Assembly: GCA_035504115.1 (NCBI GenBank)
Contig: DATJSL010000030.1
Location: 19,864 to 43,863, forward strand
DNA length: 24,000 nucleotides
Source: Steroidobacteraceae bacterium
Lineage (GTDB): Bacteria; Pseudomonadota; Gammaproteobacteria; Steroidobacterales; Steroidobacteraceae
Direction: 5' to 3'
In this document: positions 1-8,493 of the stretch, piece by piece
Numbering within the stretch: position 1 is the first letter of the stretch
Layout: every line of letters starts with the position of its first letter
Program-made: the position numbers and the translations under genes
Notes under the pieces: generated by a model
What the model was told of the DNA's origin: nothing
The model's input: the letters and a program-made list of their open reading frames with translations, nothing else
Databases searched by the model: none

Positions 1-314
1 GCGCGTGCCGGATACGGCTCGCGGAAATACTCCGCCATGATCTTGTTGACCACGGCGAAATGCGACAGATCGGTGAGGAACACCGTCGCCTTCACCACGT
101 CGTCGAGGCCGGCGCCGGCCGCGATCACGATCGCCTTGAGGTTGCGAAACACCTGATGCACCTGCGCCTCGATCCCGCCGGCGACGACCTCCTTGGTGTT
201 CGGATCCAGTGGAATCTGGCCCGACACCCAGACCGTGTTGCCGACCCGGACCGCTTGCGAATAGACCCCGATGGCGGCCGGGGCGTCCGGGGTGGAAATG
301 ATCTGCTTGCCCAT
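1..314 (-). CDS. ridA: RidA/YjgF-family enamine/imine deaminase; the C-terminal end runs off the window
   Basis: Hand translation from the ATG at 314..312 gives [44 protein letters not shown]...[30 protein letters not shown]. This is collinear with E. coli RidA (APAAIGPY, SGQIP, FPAR). GGAGG lies about 10 nt upstream. The ORF is absent from the track because it is truncated. Its position downstream of spoT matches Pseudomonas. Confidence 0.85.
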   Translation of the reverse strand, partial: MGKQIISTPDAPAAIGVYSQAVRVGNTVWVSGQIPLDPNTKEVVAGGIEAQVHQVFRNLKAIVIAAGAGLDDVVKATVFLTDLSHFAVVNKIMAEYFREPYPAR

Positions 315-354
315 GATGCGTGTTCCTCCGTAGATGGTGCCCCGCCCGCGCTCC

Positions 355-2508
355 TCAGGCGAGCGTGCGGAACACTCGCTGCACGTCCGGCATGCGGCGT
401 ATGGTGCGCATGACGCGCGCCAGATGCTTGCGGTCGCGAACCTGCAGCTGGAATCTGAGCGAGGAGCTGTTGACGTCGCGCTCCTCCAGCGAGACCTGAT
501 CGATGTTGGTCTCGGTGCCGGCGATGCTGGACGCCACGGCCGCGAGAACTCCCACCCGGTTGTTGATGTCCAGCTGGATCTCCGAGGCGAAGGTGCGTCC
601 CTGGGTACCCTCCCAGGCCACCGACAGCCACTTGTCAGGCTGCTTGCGATATTCGGCGAGATTACCGCAATTCTGCCGATGGATCATCACGCCGCGGCCG
701 GCGGACAGATACGCCATGATGGGATCGTTCGGAATCGGAAAGCAGCAGCGCGCATAGGTGACCAGCAGCCCTTCGGTGCCGGCGATCATCAGCGGACCCG
801 AGTGCGCGCTGGTCTCGCCGTCGCCCGACGGCTGCAGATGCCGCGCCACCAGCGGCGCCAGCCGCTCGCCGAGGCCGATCTTCTCGAACAGCTCGTCGGC
901 ATCCTTGAGATTGAGCTCCTTCACCACGGCGTCGATGTCGGCCTGCGGGATCTTCTTCAAGCTCAGCGACAGCTCCTCCAGCGCGAGTCCGAGGAGCCGC
1001 CGCCCGAGCTCGATCGCGTCGCCGCGCTTCAAGTTCTTCAAGTACTGCCGGATGGCGGCGCGCGCCTTGGCGGTCACGAGAAAGCTCGACCAGGACGGAT
1101 TGGGCGTCGCGCCCTTGGCGGTGATGATTTCCACGGTCTGGCCGTTGCGCAGCGGCGTGCGCAGCGGCACGAGCCGCCGGTCGACCTTCGCGGCGACGCA
1201 TCGATTGCCGACGTCGGTATGAATCGCATAGGCGAAATCGACCGCCGTTGCGCCGGTCGGCAGCCTCAGGATCTTGCCCTTGGGGGTGAACACGTACACC
1301 TTGTCCGGGAACAGATCGACCTTGACGCTCTCCAGGAACTCCTCCGAGCTGCCGCCCTCCTGGATCTGCACCAGCCCCGCGAGCCACTCGCGCGCCCGGT
1401 CATGCTCGATGCCGCCGAAGGAGTCGCCCCCGGTCTTGTATTTCCAGTGCGCGGCGATGCCCGACTCGGCCACGCGGTGCATCTGCTCCGAGCGGATCTG
1501 CACCTCGATCGGCACGCCGTTCGGGCCGAACAGCGTGGTGTGCAGGGACTGATAGCCGTTGATGCGCGGGATGGCGATGTAGTCCTTGAAGCGCCCCGGC
1601 ATCGGCCGGTACACCCCGTGCACCAGCCCGAGCACCCGGTAGCAGGTGTCGACGCTGTCGACGATGATGCGAAAGCCGTAGACGTCGACCATCTCGTTCA
1701 GCGAGATGTGCTTGTTCTGCATCTTCTTGTAGATGCTGTAGAGGTGCTTTTCACGCCCTTCCACGTGCGCCGCGACGTCGGCTTTCTTGAGCGTGCTCTT
1801 GAAGGTGTCGGCGATCTTGCTCACGAACTGCTTCTGGTTGCCGCGTGCGCGCTTCAGCTCGCGCTCGAGCACGCGATATCGATAAGGATACAAGGCTCGG
1901 AAGCCGAGGTCCTCGAGCTCGAGCTTGACGGCGTACAGGCCGAGCCGCTCGGCGATGGGCGCATAGATCTCGAGCGTCTCGCGCGCGATGCGCCGCCGCT
2001 TCATCGGCGGCATGACTCCGAGCGTGCGCATGTTGTGCATGCGGTCGGCGAGCTTGACCATGATCACGCGAATGTCGCGCACCATCGCGAGCAGCATCTT
2101 GCGGAAGCTCTCGGCCTGCGCCTCCTGGCGGTTCTTGAACTGAATCTGGTCGAGTTTGCTCACGCCGTCGACCAGCTCGGCGACCACCTGGCCGAACATC
2201 GAGGCGATCTCCGCCTTGGCGGTCGGCGTGTCCTCGATCACGTCGTGCAGAATGGCGGCGACCAGGGTATCGGCGTCGAGCTTCAGGTCGGCGAGAATGT
2301 CCGCCACCGCGACCGGATGGGTGATGTACGGCTCGCCCGAGACGCGTTTCTGGCCTTGATGGCGCTCGGCGCCGAAGTCGTAGGCCTCGCGTACCCGCTC
2401 GACCTGGGCGGGCGGCAGGTAGCTCTCGAGCTTCTCTAGGAGCTCACTGATCCCGGTGGTGCGTCTTCCACTGGGTAGGAAACCGAGTATGGAAGACGCA
2501 TAGTCCAT
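355..2508 (-). CDS. spoT: Bifunctional (p)ppGpp synthetase/hydrolase SpoT/RelA family
   Basis: 717-aa ORF. It has the N-terminal HD hydrolase region ([28 protein letters not shown]), the RelA/SpoT synthetase core (GYQSLHTT), a TGS segment ([24 protein letters not shown]) and a C-terminal ACT-like domain. It sits in the classic gmk-rpoZ-spoT linkage. Confidence 0.95.
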   Translation of the reverse strand: MDYASSILGFLPSGRRTTGISELLEKLESYLPPAQVERVREAYDFGAERHQGQKRVSGEPYITHPVAVADILADLKLDADTLVAAILHDVIEDTPTAKAEIASMFGQVVAELVDGVSKLDQIQFKNRQEAQAESFRKMLLAMVRDIRVIMVKLADRMHNMRTLGVMPPMKRRRIARETLEIYAPIAERLGLYAVKLELEDLGFRALYPYRYRVLERELKRARGNQKQFVSKIADTFKSTLKKADVAAHVEGREKHLYSIYKKMQNKHISLNEMVDVYGFRIIVDSVDTCYRVLGLVHGVYRPMPGRFKDYIAIPRINGYQSLHTTLFGPNGVPIEVQIRSEQMHRVAESGIAAHWKYKTGGDSFGGIEHDRAREWLAGLVQIQEGGSSEEFLESVKVDLFPDKVYVFTPKGKILRLPTGATAVDFAYAIHTDVGNRCVAAKVDRRLVPLRTPLRNGQTVEIITAKGATPNPSWSSFLVTAKARAAIRQYLKNLKRGDAIELGRRLLGLALEELSLSLKKIPQADIDAVVKELNLKDADELFEKIGLGERLAPLVARHLQPSGDGETSAHSGPLMIAGTEGLLVTYARCCFPIPNDPIMAYLSAGRGVMIHRQNCGNLAEYRKQPDKWLSVAWEGTQGRTFASEIQLDINNRVGVLAAVASSIAGTETNIDQVSLEERDVNSSSLRFQLQVRDRKHLARVMRTIRRMPDVQRVFRTLA
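2461..2499 (-). other. Perfect 10-bp inverted repeat (GCGTCTTCCA / TGGAAGACGC, 19-nt loop) inside codons 4-16 of spoT
   Basis: Read directly: 2461-2470 GCGTCTTCCA is the exact reverse complement of 2490-2499 TGGAAGACGC. In the mRNA the stem starts 10 nt after the A of the spoT ATG (2508). Confidence 0.6.
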
Positions 2509-2527
2509 CGGTACCTAGCGGCGCGTA

Positions 2528-2806
2528 TCAGTCCCCTAGGCCAAGCTGCGGAGCGCGGAAGTCGGACGGAATCTCGAGCTCGGCCGCCGGTTGCGGGGCC
2601 GGCTCTTCGGGCTCTTCGAGCATTTCGAGCGTGATGTTTCCGGCGGCGATCTCGCGCAGCGCAACCACCGTCGGCTTGTCGTTCTCCCACTCGACGGTCG
2701 CCTCCGCGCCGTTCGCCAGCCGCCGCGCGCGCTTGGCGGCGAGCAGCACCAGATTGAAAAGGTTGGGCTCGTTCTGCAGGCAGTCTTCGACGGTGATCCG
2801 CGCCAT
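2528..2806 (-). CDS. rpoZ: DNA-directed RNA polymerase subunit omega
   Basis: 92-aa ORF beginning [30 protein letters not shown], the canonical RpoZ N-terminus. It lies between gmk and spoT. Confidence 0.95.
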   Translation of the reverse strand: MARITVEDCLQNEPNLFNLVLLAAKRARRLANGAEATVEWENDKPTVVALREIAAGNITLEMLEEPEEPAPQPAAELEIPSDFRAPQLGLGD

Positions 2807-2890
2807 GGCTCTTCGGGGTTTCGTTTAAGGGAGTAAAAGCATAGCAGGAAACGGGCCCCCCGGGCCAGCGCGGGCAGGCGCAAGCGCCGA

Positions 2891-3541
2891 TCAGGCCAGC
2901 AATTCCGCCGCCAGCCGCGCCACCTCCGGCCGGGTGGCTTTGAGGGCTGCCCCGTGCTCGCGCACGATGGCCTGAAAATCGCGCAAGGCATCGTCGAAGC
3001 GGTCGTTGATCACCACGTAGTCGAACTCGATCCAGTGCGCGATGTCGCGCTGCGCGTCCTCGAGACGGCGGCGAATGACCTCGGGCGAATCGGTGCTGCG
3101 GGCGGTAAGACGCTCCTCGAGGGCGCGACGCGTCGGGGGCAGGATGAAGACGCTGTGTGCGGCGGGCAGCCGCGCCCGCACCTGGCGCGCGCCCTGCCAG
3201 TCGATCTCGAGCAGCAGCAGCCGCCCCGCGGCGAGCGCATCGCGCACCGCCTTGAGCCCCGTGCCGTAGCAATTGTCGTACACCCGCGCGTGCTCGAGAA
3301 ACTCGCCGCGCGCCGCCATCCGCTCGAACTGCCGCGCCGTGATGAAGTGATAGTCCCGCCCGTCGATCTCGTTCGGCCGCGGCGCCCGGGTGGTGTAGGA
3401 GACGGAGAATCGCAGCCCGGGCTCGCGCTCCATGAGCGCCTTCACCAGGCTGGTCTTGCCGGCGCCCGAGGGAGCCGAAACCACGTACAGGCGGCCGGCC
3501 CTGCCGGCGCCCGCGGTTTGCTCGTTTGCGGCCGCCGGCAT
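2891..3541 (-). CDS. gmk: Guanylate kinase
   Basis: 216-aa ORF with the P-loop SAPSGAGKTSL and TTRAPRPNEIDGRDYHF, and Gmk-like length. It starts 5 nt after the yicC stop. Confidence 0.95.
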   Translation of the reverse strand: MPAAANEQTAGAGRAGRLYVVSAPSGAGKTSLVKALMEREPGLRFSVSYTTRAPRPNEIDGRDYHFITARQFERMAARGEFLEHARVYDNCYGTGLKAVRDALAAGRLLLLEIDWQGARQVRARLPAAHSVFILPPTRRALEERLTARSTDSPEVIRRRLEDAQRDIAHWIEFDYVVINDRFDDALRDFQAIVREHGAALKATRPEVARLAAELLA

Positions 3542-3546
3542 CGCGG

Positions 3547-4410
3547 CTACTCGACGTTCTGCACTTGCTCGCGCATCTGCTCGATCAGTACCTTCATGTC
3601 GACGGCCGCGCGCGTCGTCTCGATGTCCTGCGACTTGGAGGACAGCGTGTTCGCTTCGCGGTTCAGCTCCTGCATCAGGAAATCGAGGCGCCGTCCCGCC
3701 GGCTCATGGCCCGCGAAGGCCTTGCGCACCTCGGCGACGTGGCCGCGCAGCCGATCGATCTCCTCGTCGACGTCGAGCCGCTGCGCGAGGATGGCGAGCT
3801 CCTGCTCCAGGCGGTCGTGATCGGCGTCGCTGGTGAGCTGGGCGATGCGATCGAGGAGCTTGGCGCGCATGCGCGCGCGCACCTCCGGCAGGCGCTCCGA
3901 GACGCGCGCCGCGAAGTCGATCAGGCCCGCGCAGCGCTGCTCGAGCGCCTCGCGCAAGCGCGCGCCCTCGCTGTCGCGAAACCGCGCGAGCTCATCCAGC
4001 GCCTCGCCGAGCAGCGCCTGCGCCGCCGCGACCAGCGGTGCGCTGTCGCGCGCCTGATCCCGCAGCACGCCCGGCCAGCGCAGCAGGTCGAGTACCTCGA
4101 TGCGTGCGGCCGCGCCCGCCTGCGCCGCCGCCTGCTGTGCCCGCTGCGTCACGGCCGCGAGGAGCTCGGCGTCGACGTCCAGGGTGGTGGTCGTGGAGGC
4201 GGGGCGGAAATGCAGCGAGCACTCGACCTTGCCTCGGCGCACGGCGCCGGACACCGCCTGGCGAAATTCAGCCTCGGCGCAGCGAAACTCTTCGGGCAGC
4301 CGGCAGCCGATCTCCAGGTAGCGGTGATTGACCGTCTTCAGCTCCCACGCGAGCTGCCCCCACGGAAACTGGCGCTCGCGCCGCGCAAAGCCGGTCATGC
4401 TACGAATCAT
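3547..4410 (-). CDS. yicC: YicC-family stress-induced protein / endoribonuclease
   Basis: The track ORF extends to 4716, but the upstream 102 codons are Arg/Pro-rich junk. The ATG at 4410..4408 gives MIRSMTGFARRE...WELKTVNHRYLE, matching the E. coli YicC N-terminus (MIRSMTAYARRE...MRSVNQRYLE). The C-terminal ELNREANTLSSKS motif is typical of the family. Confidence 0.9.
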   Translation of the reverse strand: MIRSMTGFARRERQFPWGQLAWELKTVNHRYLEIGCRLPEEFRCAEAEFRQAVSGAVRRGKVECSLHFRPASTTTTLDVDAELLAAVTQRAQQAAAQAGAAARIEVLDLLRWPGVLRDQARDSAPLVAAAQALLGEALDELARFRDSEGARLREALEQRCAGLIDFAARVSERLPEVRARMRAKLLDRIAQLTSDADHDRLEQELAILAQRLDVDEEIDRLRGHVAEVRKAFAGHEPAGRRLDFLMQELNREANTLSSKSQDIETTRAAVDMKVLIEQMREQVQNVE

Positions 4411-4475
4411 AGGGTCTCGAGCCGAAATCGGCCATAATCGGCAGCCGAGTCTATCGAAGCCGGTAGGAGCTGTCA

Positions 4476-5222
4476 TTGCAGATCGAGACCGCGGATGTGA
4501 GCCTGATCGGCCACCGCGAGGAGAATCAGGATCGAGTCGCGGTGGCAGCCGGCGAGCATGCCGTACTGCTGGCGGTGATCGACGGCATGGGCGGTCATGC
4601 CGAGGGCGCGCGCGCGGCGGAAACGGCGCTGGCGACGCTCCTCGAGGCGTTCTGGCAGACGCCGCACCCGATATTCGATCCGCTCGGATTCCTGCATCTG
4701 TCTCTCGGGCGCGCACACGAGGAAGTCGTGAAGCTCGGCGTCGGTCTCGCGGTGGAGGCCCGCCCGCGCGCGACCTGCGCGGTATGCCTGGTGCAGGATT
4801 CGGCGGCTTACTGGGCGCACGTCGGCGACAGCCGCGTCTATCAGCTGCGCCAATCCCAGGTCCTCGAGCGCACGCGCGATCACAGCCACGTGGAGGTTCT
4901 GCTGCGCGAGGGACTCATCACCGAGGCCGAAGTACAAGGCCATCCGATGCGCAATTACGTCGAATGCTGTCTGGGAGGCGACGCGGCATTGCCCGAGATG
5001 AGCATCTCGAGCCGCCGGCGGCTGAAGGCGGGCGACGTTCTGCTGTTGTGTACCGACGGGGTGTGGGCGAATCTGCGCGACCAGGACTTCGTGCGCTTCG
5101 CGCAGTCCGCCGGCAAGCCCTTGCGCGACAGTCTCACCGATCTCGGCACCCAGGCGGTGGCCGCCGCGGCGCCTTACAGTGACAACGCCAGCGCCGCCGC
5201 GCTGCGCTGGCGGGCCGCATGA
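4476..5222 (+). CDS. PP2C/PPM-family Ser/Thr protein phosphatase (stand-alone)
   Basis: 248-aa ORF with PPM motifs [23 protein letters not shown] and SDNAS. It uses a TTG start at 4476 with GGTAGGAG ending 6 nt upstream. Its stop overlaps the rph start (ATGA at 5219-5222). Confidence 0.85.
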   Translation: MQIETADVSLIGHREENQDRVAVAAGEHAVLLAVIDGMGGHAEGARAAETALATLLEAFWQTPHPIFDPLGFLHLSLGRAHEEVVKLGVGLAVEARPRATCAVCLVQDSAAYWAHVGDSRVYQLRQSQVLERTRDHSHVEVLLREGLITEAEVQGHPMRNYVECCLGGDAALPEMSISSRRRLKAGDVLLLCTDGVWANLRDQDFVRFAQSAGKPLRDSLTDLGTQAVAAAAPYSDNASAAALRWRAA

Positions 5223-5938
5223 GCTTGCGTCCGAGCGGCCGCGAGCCGAATGAGCTCAGGCCCGTGAGCTTCGAGCGCGGCTATACCGCGCACGCCGAGG
5301 GCTCGGTGCTGGTGGGGTTCGGCGGGACCCGCGTGCTGTGCACGGCGAGCATCGAGGATGGCGTGCCGTCGTTCCTGCGCGGCTCCGCACAGGGCTGGGT
5401 GACCGCCGAGTACGGCATGCTGCCGAGGTCCACGCACACCCGCACGGCACGCGAGGCCGCGCGCGGCAAGCAGTCCGGCCGCACGCAGGAGATTCAGCGC
5501 CTGATCGGCCGCGCGCTGCGCGCCGTGCTCGATCTCAAGGCCCTCGGTGAGCGCACCGTGACCGTGGATTGCGACGTGCTGCAGGCGGACGGAGGCACCC
5601 GGACCGCCTCGATCACCGGCGGGTTCGTGGCGCTCGCCGACGCCGTCGATACCCTGCTCAAGAGGCGCGTGCTGGCGGTCAATCCCATCCATGGCCAGGT
5701 GGCGGCGGTGTCGGTGGGCATATACCGCGGCGTGCCGGTGCTCGATCTCGATTACGCCGAAGACTCGAACGCCGAGACCGACATGAACGTGGTGATGAAC
5801 TCGGGGGGCGGGTTCGTGGAAGTGCAGGGCACCGCGGAAGGCCACGCCTTTCGCCGCCACGAGCTCGATCGATTGCTGGACCTCGCTGCGCAGGGGATCG
5901 CGCGGCTGCACGCGGCGCAGCTGAGTGCCCGAGCCTAG
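5219..5938 (+). CDS. rph: Ribonuclease PH
   Basis: 239-aa ORF beginning [32 protein letters not shown], followed by [16 protein letters not shown] and LQADGGTR. These are canonical RNase PH motifs. Confidence 0.95.
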   Translation: MSLRPSGREPNELRPVSFERGYTAHAEGSVLVGFGGTRVLCTASIEDGVPSFLRGSAQGWVTAEYGMLPRSTHTRTAREAARGKQSGRTQEIQRLIGRALRAVLDLKALGERTVTVDCDVLQADGGTRTASITGGFVALADAVDTLLKRRVLAVNPIHGQVAAVSVGIYRGVPVLDLDYAEDSNAETDMNVVMNSGGGFVEVQGTAEGHAFRRHELDRLLDLAAQGIARLHAAQLSARA

Positions 5939-5948
5939 AGATCGCGGC

Positions 5949-6569
5949 GTGCGCGGCGCTGCCGCCGAACGCCAGACGCTGGTGATCGCGAGCGCGAATC
6001 CCGGCAAGCTGCGCGAGCTCGCAGAGCTGCTCGCGCAGCTGCCATTCGCGCTCGTCGGCCAGGCGGCGCTCGGGGTTGCCGCAGCCGAGGAGACCGGCGC
6101 GACGTTCGCGCAGAACGCACTGCTGAAAGCCCGGCACGCCGCCCGGTCAACGGGTCTCGCGGCCATCGCGGATGACTCGGGACTCGAGGTCGATGCGCTC
6201 GGCGGCGCGCCGGGAGTCCGCTCGGCGCGCTACGCGGGCGAGGGAGCGAGCGATGAGGCCAACAACGCCAAGCTCATCGCCGCGCTCGAGGGCCTTACGG
6301 GATCGGCGCGCCGGGCGCGCTACCGCTGCGCGCTGGTCTACGTCGACGGCCCTGCCGATCCTTCGCCTGTGTGCGCGCAGGGCGTGTGGGAGGGCCTCAT
6401 CCTGGCCGCGCCGCGCGGCGCGCGCGGCTTCGGGTACGACCCTTACTTCTGGCTGCCCGAGCTCGATGCGACCGCGGCCGAGCTCGAGCCCGCCGCGAAG
6501 AACCGGTTGAGCCACCGCGGCAAGGCCTTGCGGCTGCTGCGCGACAAGCTCGCCGTGCGGCCGCGATGA
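5949..6569 (+). CDS. rdgB: dITP/XTP pyrophosphatase (RdgB/HAM1 family)
   Basis: Motifs LVIASANPGKLRE, ADDSGLEVDAL, GFGYDPYFW and NRLSHRGKA. The start is ambiguous. GTG 5949 lies 11 nt after the rph stop, while GTG 5925 (the track ORF) overlaps rph by 14 nt. Confidence 0.88.
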   Translation: MRGAAAERQTLVIASANPGKLRELAELLAQLPFALVGQAALGVAAAEETGATFAQNALLKARHAARSTGLAAIADDSGLEVDALGGAPGVRSARYAGEGASDEANNAKLIAALEGLTGSARRARYRCALVYVDGPADPSPVCAQGVWEGLILAAPRGARGFGYDPYFWLPELDATAAELEPAAKNRLSHRGKALRLLRDKLAVRPR

Positions 6570-7720
6570 GCGCCGCGCCGTTGCCGCTCACTCTGTACGT
6601 GCACATGCCCTGGTGCGTACGCAAGTGCCCGTACTGCGACTTCAACTCCCACCAGCTCAAATCGGCAAAGCCCTCGGTGCGCTACATCGATGCGCTGCTC
6701 GCGGATCTCGAGGCCGAGCTGCCGCTGCTCGGCAGCCGGCCGATCGAGGCGGTCTTCTTCGGCGGAGGGACGCCGAGCCTGTTCGCGCCCGAGGAGTTCG
6801 CGCGGCTGCTCGCGGGAGTGCGGCAGCGGTGCGTGCTGGCGGACGGCGCCGAGGTGACGCTCGAGGCGAATCCCGGCACCATCGAGCGCGGCCGATTCGC
6901 CGGCTATCGGGCGGCGGGGATCAATCGCGTATCCCTCGGTGCACAGAGCTTTGCGCCCCATGCGCTCGAGCGCCTGGGACGCATCCATGCGCCCAGGGAC
7001 ACCCTCGCCGCGGTCGAGGAGTTGCGCGCGGCGGGGATCGGCAACTTCAATCTGGACCTCATGTATGCGCTGCCGGGGCAGACGTTCGAGGAGGCGCTCG
7101 AGGACATCCGCGTGGCCTGCGCGCTTGGGCCGGCGCACATCTCGCACTATCAGCTCACCCTCGAGCCGGGCACCGCCTTCCATGCCCGTCCACCGGCGTT
7201 GCCGGGCGAGGAGCTGGCATTTCGGATGCAGCGCGAGTGTCAGGAGCTGCTCGCCGCGCATGGCTTCGAGCAATACGAGGTATCCGCCTACGCCAAGCGC
7301 GGCGCGCGCTGCCGCCACAATCTCAACTACTGGCAGTTCGGCGACTATGTGGGCATCGGCGCGGGCGCACATGGCAAGCTGAGCGCCTCGCTCCCGGGCG
7401 GCGTGCTGCGCACCGAGAAGCCCCGCCAGCCAAGGAGCTATCAGGCGGCGGCCGTGGCGTGCGCGCCCGTCGGCGAGCGCCGGCCGGTGGCCGCGCGCGA
7501 GCTGCCTTTCGAGTTCATGCTCAACGCATTGCGCCTCAACGAAGGGTTCGCGTGCGGCGATTTCGAGTGCCGGACGGGCCTTTCGATGAGCGCGGTCGAG
7601 CCCGAGCTGCGCAAGGCGCAGGCGCGCAGCCTCGTCGAGATGACCGACCGCGGGGGATGGCGGGCCAGCGAGCTCGGATTCAGGTTCCTAAACGACCTGC
7701 AAGCCAGCTTCCTGCCCTAA
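6566..7720 (+). CDS. hemW: Radical SAM heme chaperone HemW (HemN-like, oxygen-independent coproporphyrinogen oxidase family)
   Basis: ATG 6566 overlaps the rdgB stop (ATGA). The product begins MSAAPLPLTLYVHMPWCVRKCPYCDFNSH, which carries the CxxxCxxC radical SAM cluster motif. Its length (384 aa) and rph-rdgB-hemW synteny fit HemW. The track ORF upstream of 6566 lies in-frame inside rdgB and is rejected. Confidence 0.9.
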   Translation: MSAAPLPLTLYVHMPWCVRKCPYCDFNSHQLKSAKPSVRYIDALLADLEAELPLLGSRPIEAVFFGGGTPSLFAPEEFARLLAGVRQRCVLADGAEVTLEANPGTIERGRFAGYRAAGINRVSLGAQSFAPHALERLGRIHAPRDTLAAVEELRAAGIGNFNLDLMYALPGQTFEEALEDIRVACALGPAHISHYQLTLEPGTAFHARPPALPGEELAFRMQRECQELLAAHGFEQYEVSAYAKRGARCRHNLNYWQFGDYVGIGAGAHGKLSASLPGGVLRTEKPRQPRSYQAAAVACAPVGERRPVAARELPFEFMLNALRLNEGFACGDFECRTGLSMSAVEPELRKAQARSLVEMTDRGGWRASELGFRFLNDLQASFLP

Positions 7721-7722
7721 GC

Positions 7723-7731
7723 TTATACACA
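7723..7731 (+). promoter_or_regulatory. Consensus DnaA box TTATACACA
   Basis: Exact match to TTATNCACA and, from memory, identical to the E. coli R2 sequence. It lies 3 nt after the hemW stop. Confidence 0.5.
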
Positions 7732-7800
7732 CGGGCGGTTGCGCCTCGACTGCAGCGGTACCTACAGCACATTGCGCCTACGTTAGGTCAGATGCCCGAT

Positions 7801-7872
7801 GTAACAATATGAAATTAATAATAAAACCAGCTTGTATATTTTTTGACCAAGTTAACATTTACTCGTATTTCA
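7801..7872. other. AT-rich island in a high-GC background; candidate DNA-unwinding or UP-element/promoter region
   Basis: Hand count gives 16 G/C in the 70 nt from 7801 to 7870 (about 23%). The island contains TTGACC (7843-7848), a 17-nt spacer and then TATTTC (7866-7871), preceded by an A/T tract. Confidence 0.5.
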
Positions 7873-7898
7873 GCAGTGTGAACGGCGCATGGCGCAGT

Positions 7899-7933
7899 CC
7901 GTCCACAGAGTTATCCACAGATATTGTGGAAAA
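7899..7933. promoter_or_regulatory. Cluster of DnaA-box-like 9-mers: CCGTCCACA (+), TTATCCACA (+, perfect), TTTTCCACA (-)
   Basis: 7911-7919 is TTATCCACA, the strongest E. coli-type box. 7925-7933 TGTGGAAAA is the reverse complement of TTTTCCACA (8/9). 7899-7907 is CCGTCCACA (6/9). TCCACA-GATAT-TGTGGA forms a perfect 6-bp palindrome. Confidence 0.5.
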
Positions 7934-8009
7934 AAGGGGCGCGCCAGCCCGGGCAGACAGCCTACCGCCGCGGCGCTTGTTGAGGGGCCTGCTTTAGGCT
8001 AAGGTACGC

Positions 8010-8070
8010 GGCCCTAAAGACGTAGGGCCATCGCATGGCGATGAGGCTCCTTGAAAACCCCGTTCGAGGA
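8010..8070 (+). promoter_or_regulatory. Structured 5' leader of rpmE (three hairpins), possible L31 autoregulatory leader
   Basis: Hairpins read directly: GGCCCTA-aagacg-TAGGGCC (8010-8029), GCCAT-cgc-ATGGC (8027-8039) and TCCTTGAA-aaccccg-TTCGAGGA (8048-8070, one G-U pair). All lie upstream of the rpmE ATG at 8107. Confidence 0.3.
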
Positions 8071-8106
8071 CCCATCGATTCTGCTCAAACGAGACTCGAG
8101 GTTTCC

Positions 8107-8322
8107 ATGAAGGCCGGCATCCATCCCGAATACCAGGACATCACCGTCACCTGCACCTGCGGCAACACGTTCAAGACCCGCTCGACCATCGGTCACGACC
8201 TGCAGGTCGAGGTGTGCTCGAACTGCCATCCGTTCTACACCGGCAAGCAGAAGATCGTCGACACGGGCGGCCGCGTCGACAAGTTCCGCAAGAAGTACGC
8301 GACCGCAGCCGCCAAGGCTTGA
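8107..8322 (+). CDS. rpmE: 50S ribosomal protein L31, Zn-binding (type A, four Cys)
   Basis: ATG 8107 gives [49 protein letters not shown]..., the canonical L31 sequence with CxC...CxxC. The 24 codons the track ORF adds upstream do not resemble L31. Confidence 0.95.
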   Translation: MKAGIHPEYQDITVTCTCGNTFKTRSTIGHDLQVEVCSNCHPFYTGKQKIVDTGGRVDKFRKKYATAAAKA

Positions 8323-8493
8323 CCGCGCCTCGCGCCGCTGTCGCCAGCCCGATCAAGCTGGCGCCTTGAGCTAGCGCCTGCGCCGCGTGCTTGCTGAGCG
8401 CGGCGCGCTGCGACCCACGCGCTTGATTCCGCAGGTCCGCCGTGCAAGGCTTCCGGGCCTCGTCAACGAACTGGCCGCAAATCGGTTACGCGT

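Noticed and set aside
334-2439. 701-aa plus-strand ORF antisense to spoT. Similar very long shadow ORFs occur elsewhere, e.g. 18418-20448 (+) opposite mrcA, 11427-13070 (-) opposite the protease, 13702-15186 (+) opposite bioA/bioD, 10020-11510 (+) in an alternative frame of the PQQ gene, 5174-6166 (-) and 9803-10504 (-).
   Set aside because: They are Arg/Ala/Gly/Pro-rich low-information translations with no recognisable motifs. Each fully overlaps a gene with strong family signatures. Stop-codon scarcity in high-GC DNA explains them.
3547-4716. N-terminal extensions of track ORFs: yicC to 4716, hemW from 6371, rpmE from 8035, pilN from 21694, pilP from 22571, bioA to 15159 and bioF to 16369.
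   Set aside because: The extensions overlap upstream genes or consist of junk-like sequence. Internal starts give canonical family N-termini and the stop/start overlaps typical of operons.
7801-7830. Possible Zur or Fur box in the AT-rich tract upstream of rpmE (GTAACAATATGAAATTAATAATAAAA).
   Set aside because: It shows no acceptable palindromic match to the Zur (TGTTATA-N-TATAACA type) or Fur (GATAATGATAATCATTATC) consensus. In addition, this L31 is the Zn-binding C+ type, which is not the usual Zur target.
7778-7997. Small ORFs in the AT-rich island: the 62-aa plus-strand ORF at 7809-7997, and a 26-codon minus-strand ORF at 7778-7858 (MLTWSKNIQAGFIINFILLHRASDLT) that superficially resembles a hydrophobic type I toxin.
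   Set aside because: Neither has a convincing SD. The composition switches from AT-rich to GC-rich within the 62-aa ORF. The peptides have no recognisable family. The region is better explained as regulatory DNA. The 26-aa peptide cannot be excluded without conservation or Ribo-seq data.
8323-8493. The rpmE-gltA spacer was examined for a terminator, a promoter or a known RNA motif. It contains the direct repeat AGCTGGCGCC / AGCTAGCGCC and several GC palindromes.
   Set aside because: There is no stem followed by a U-tract. No -35/-10 pair with sensible spacing could be found, and I recognised no motif. It is left unannotated.
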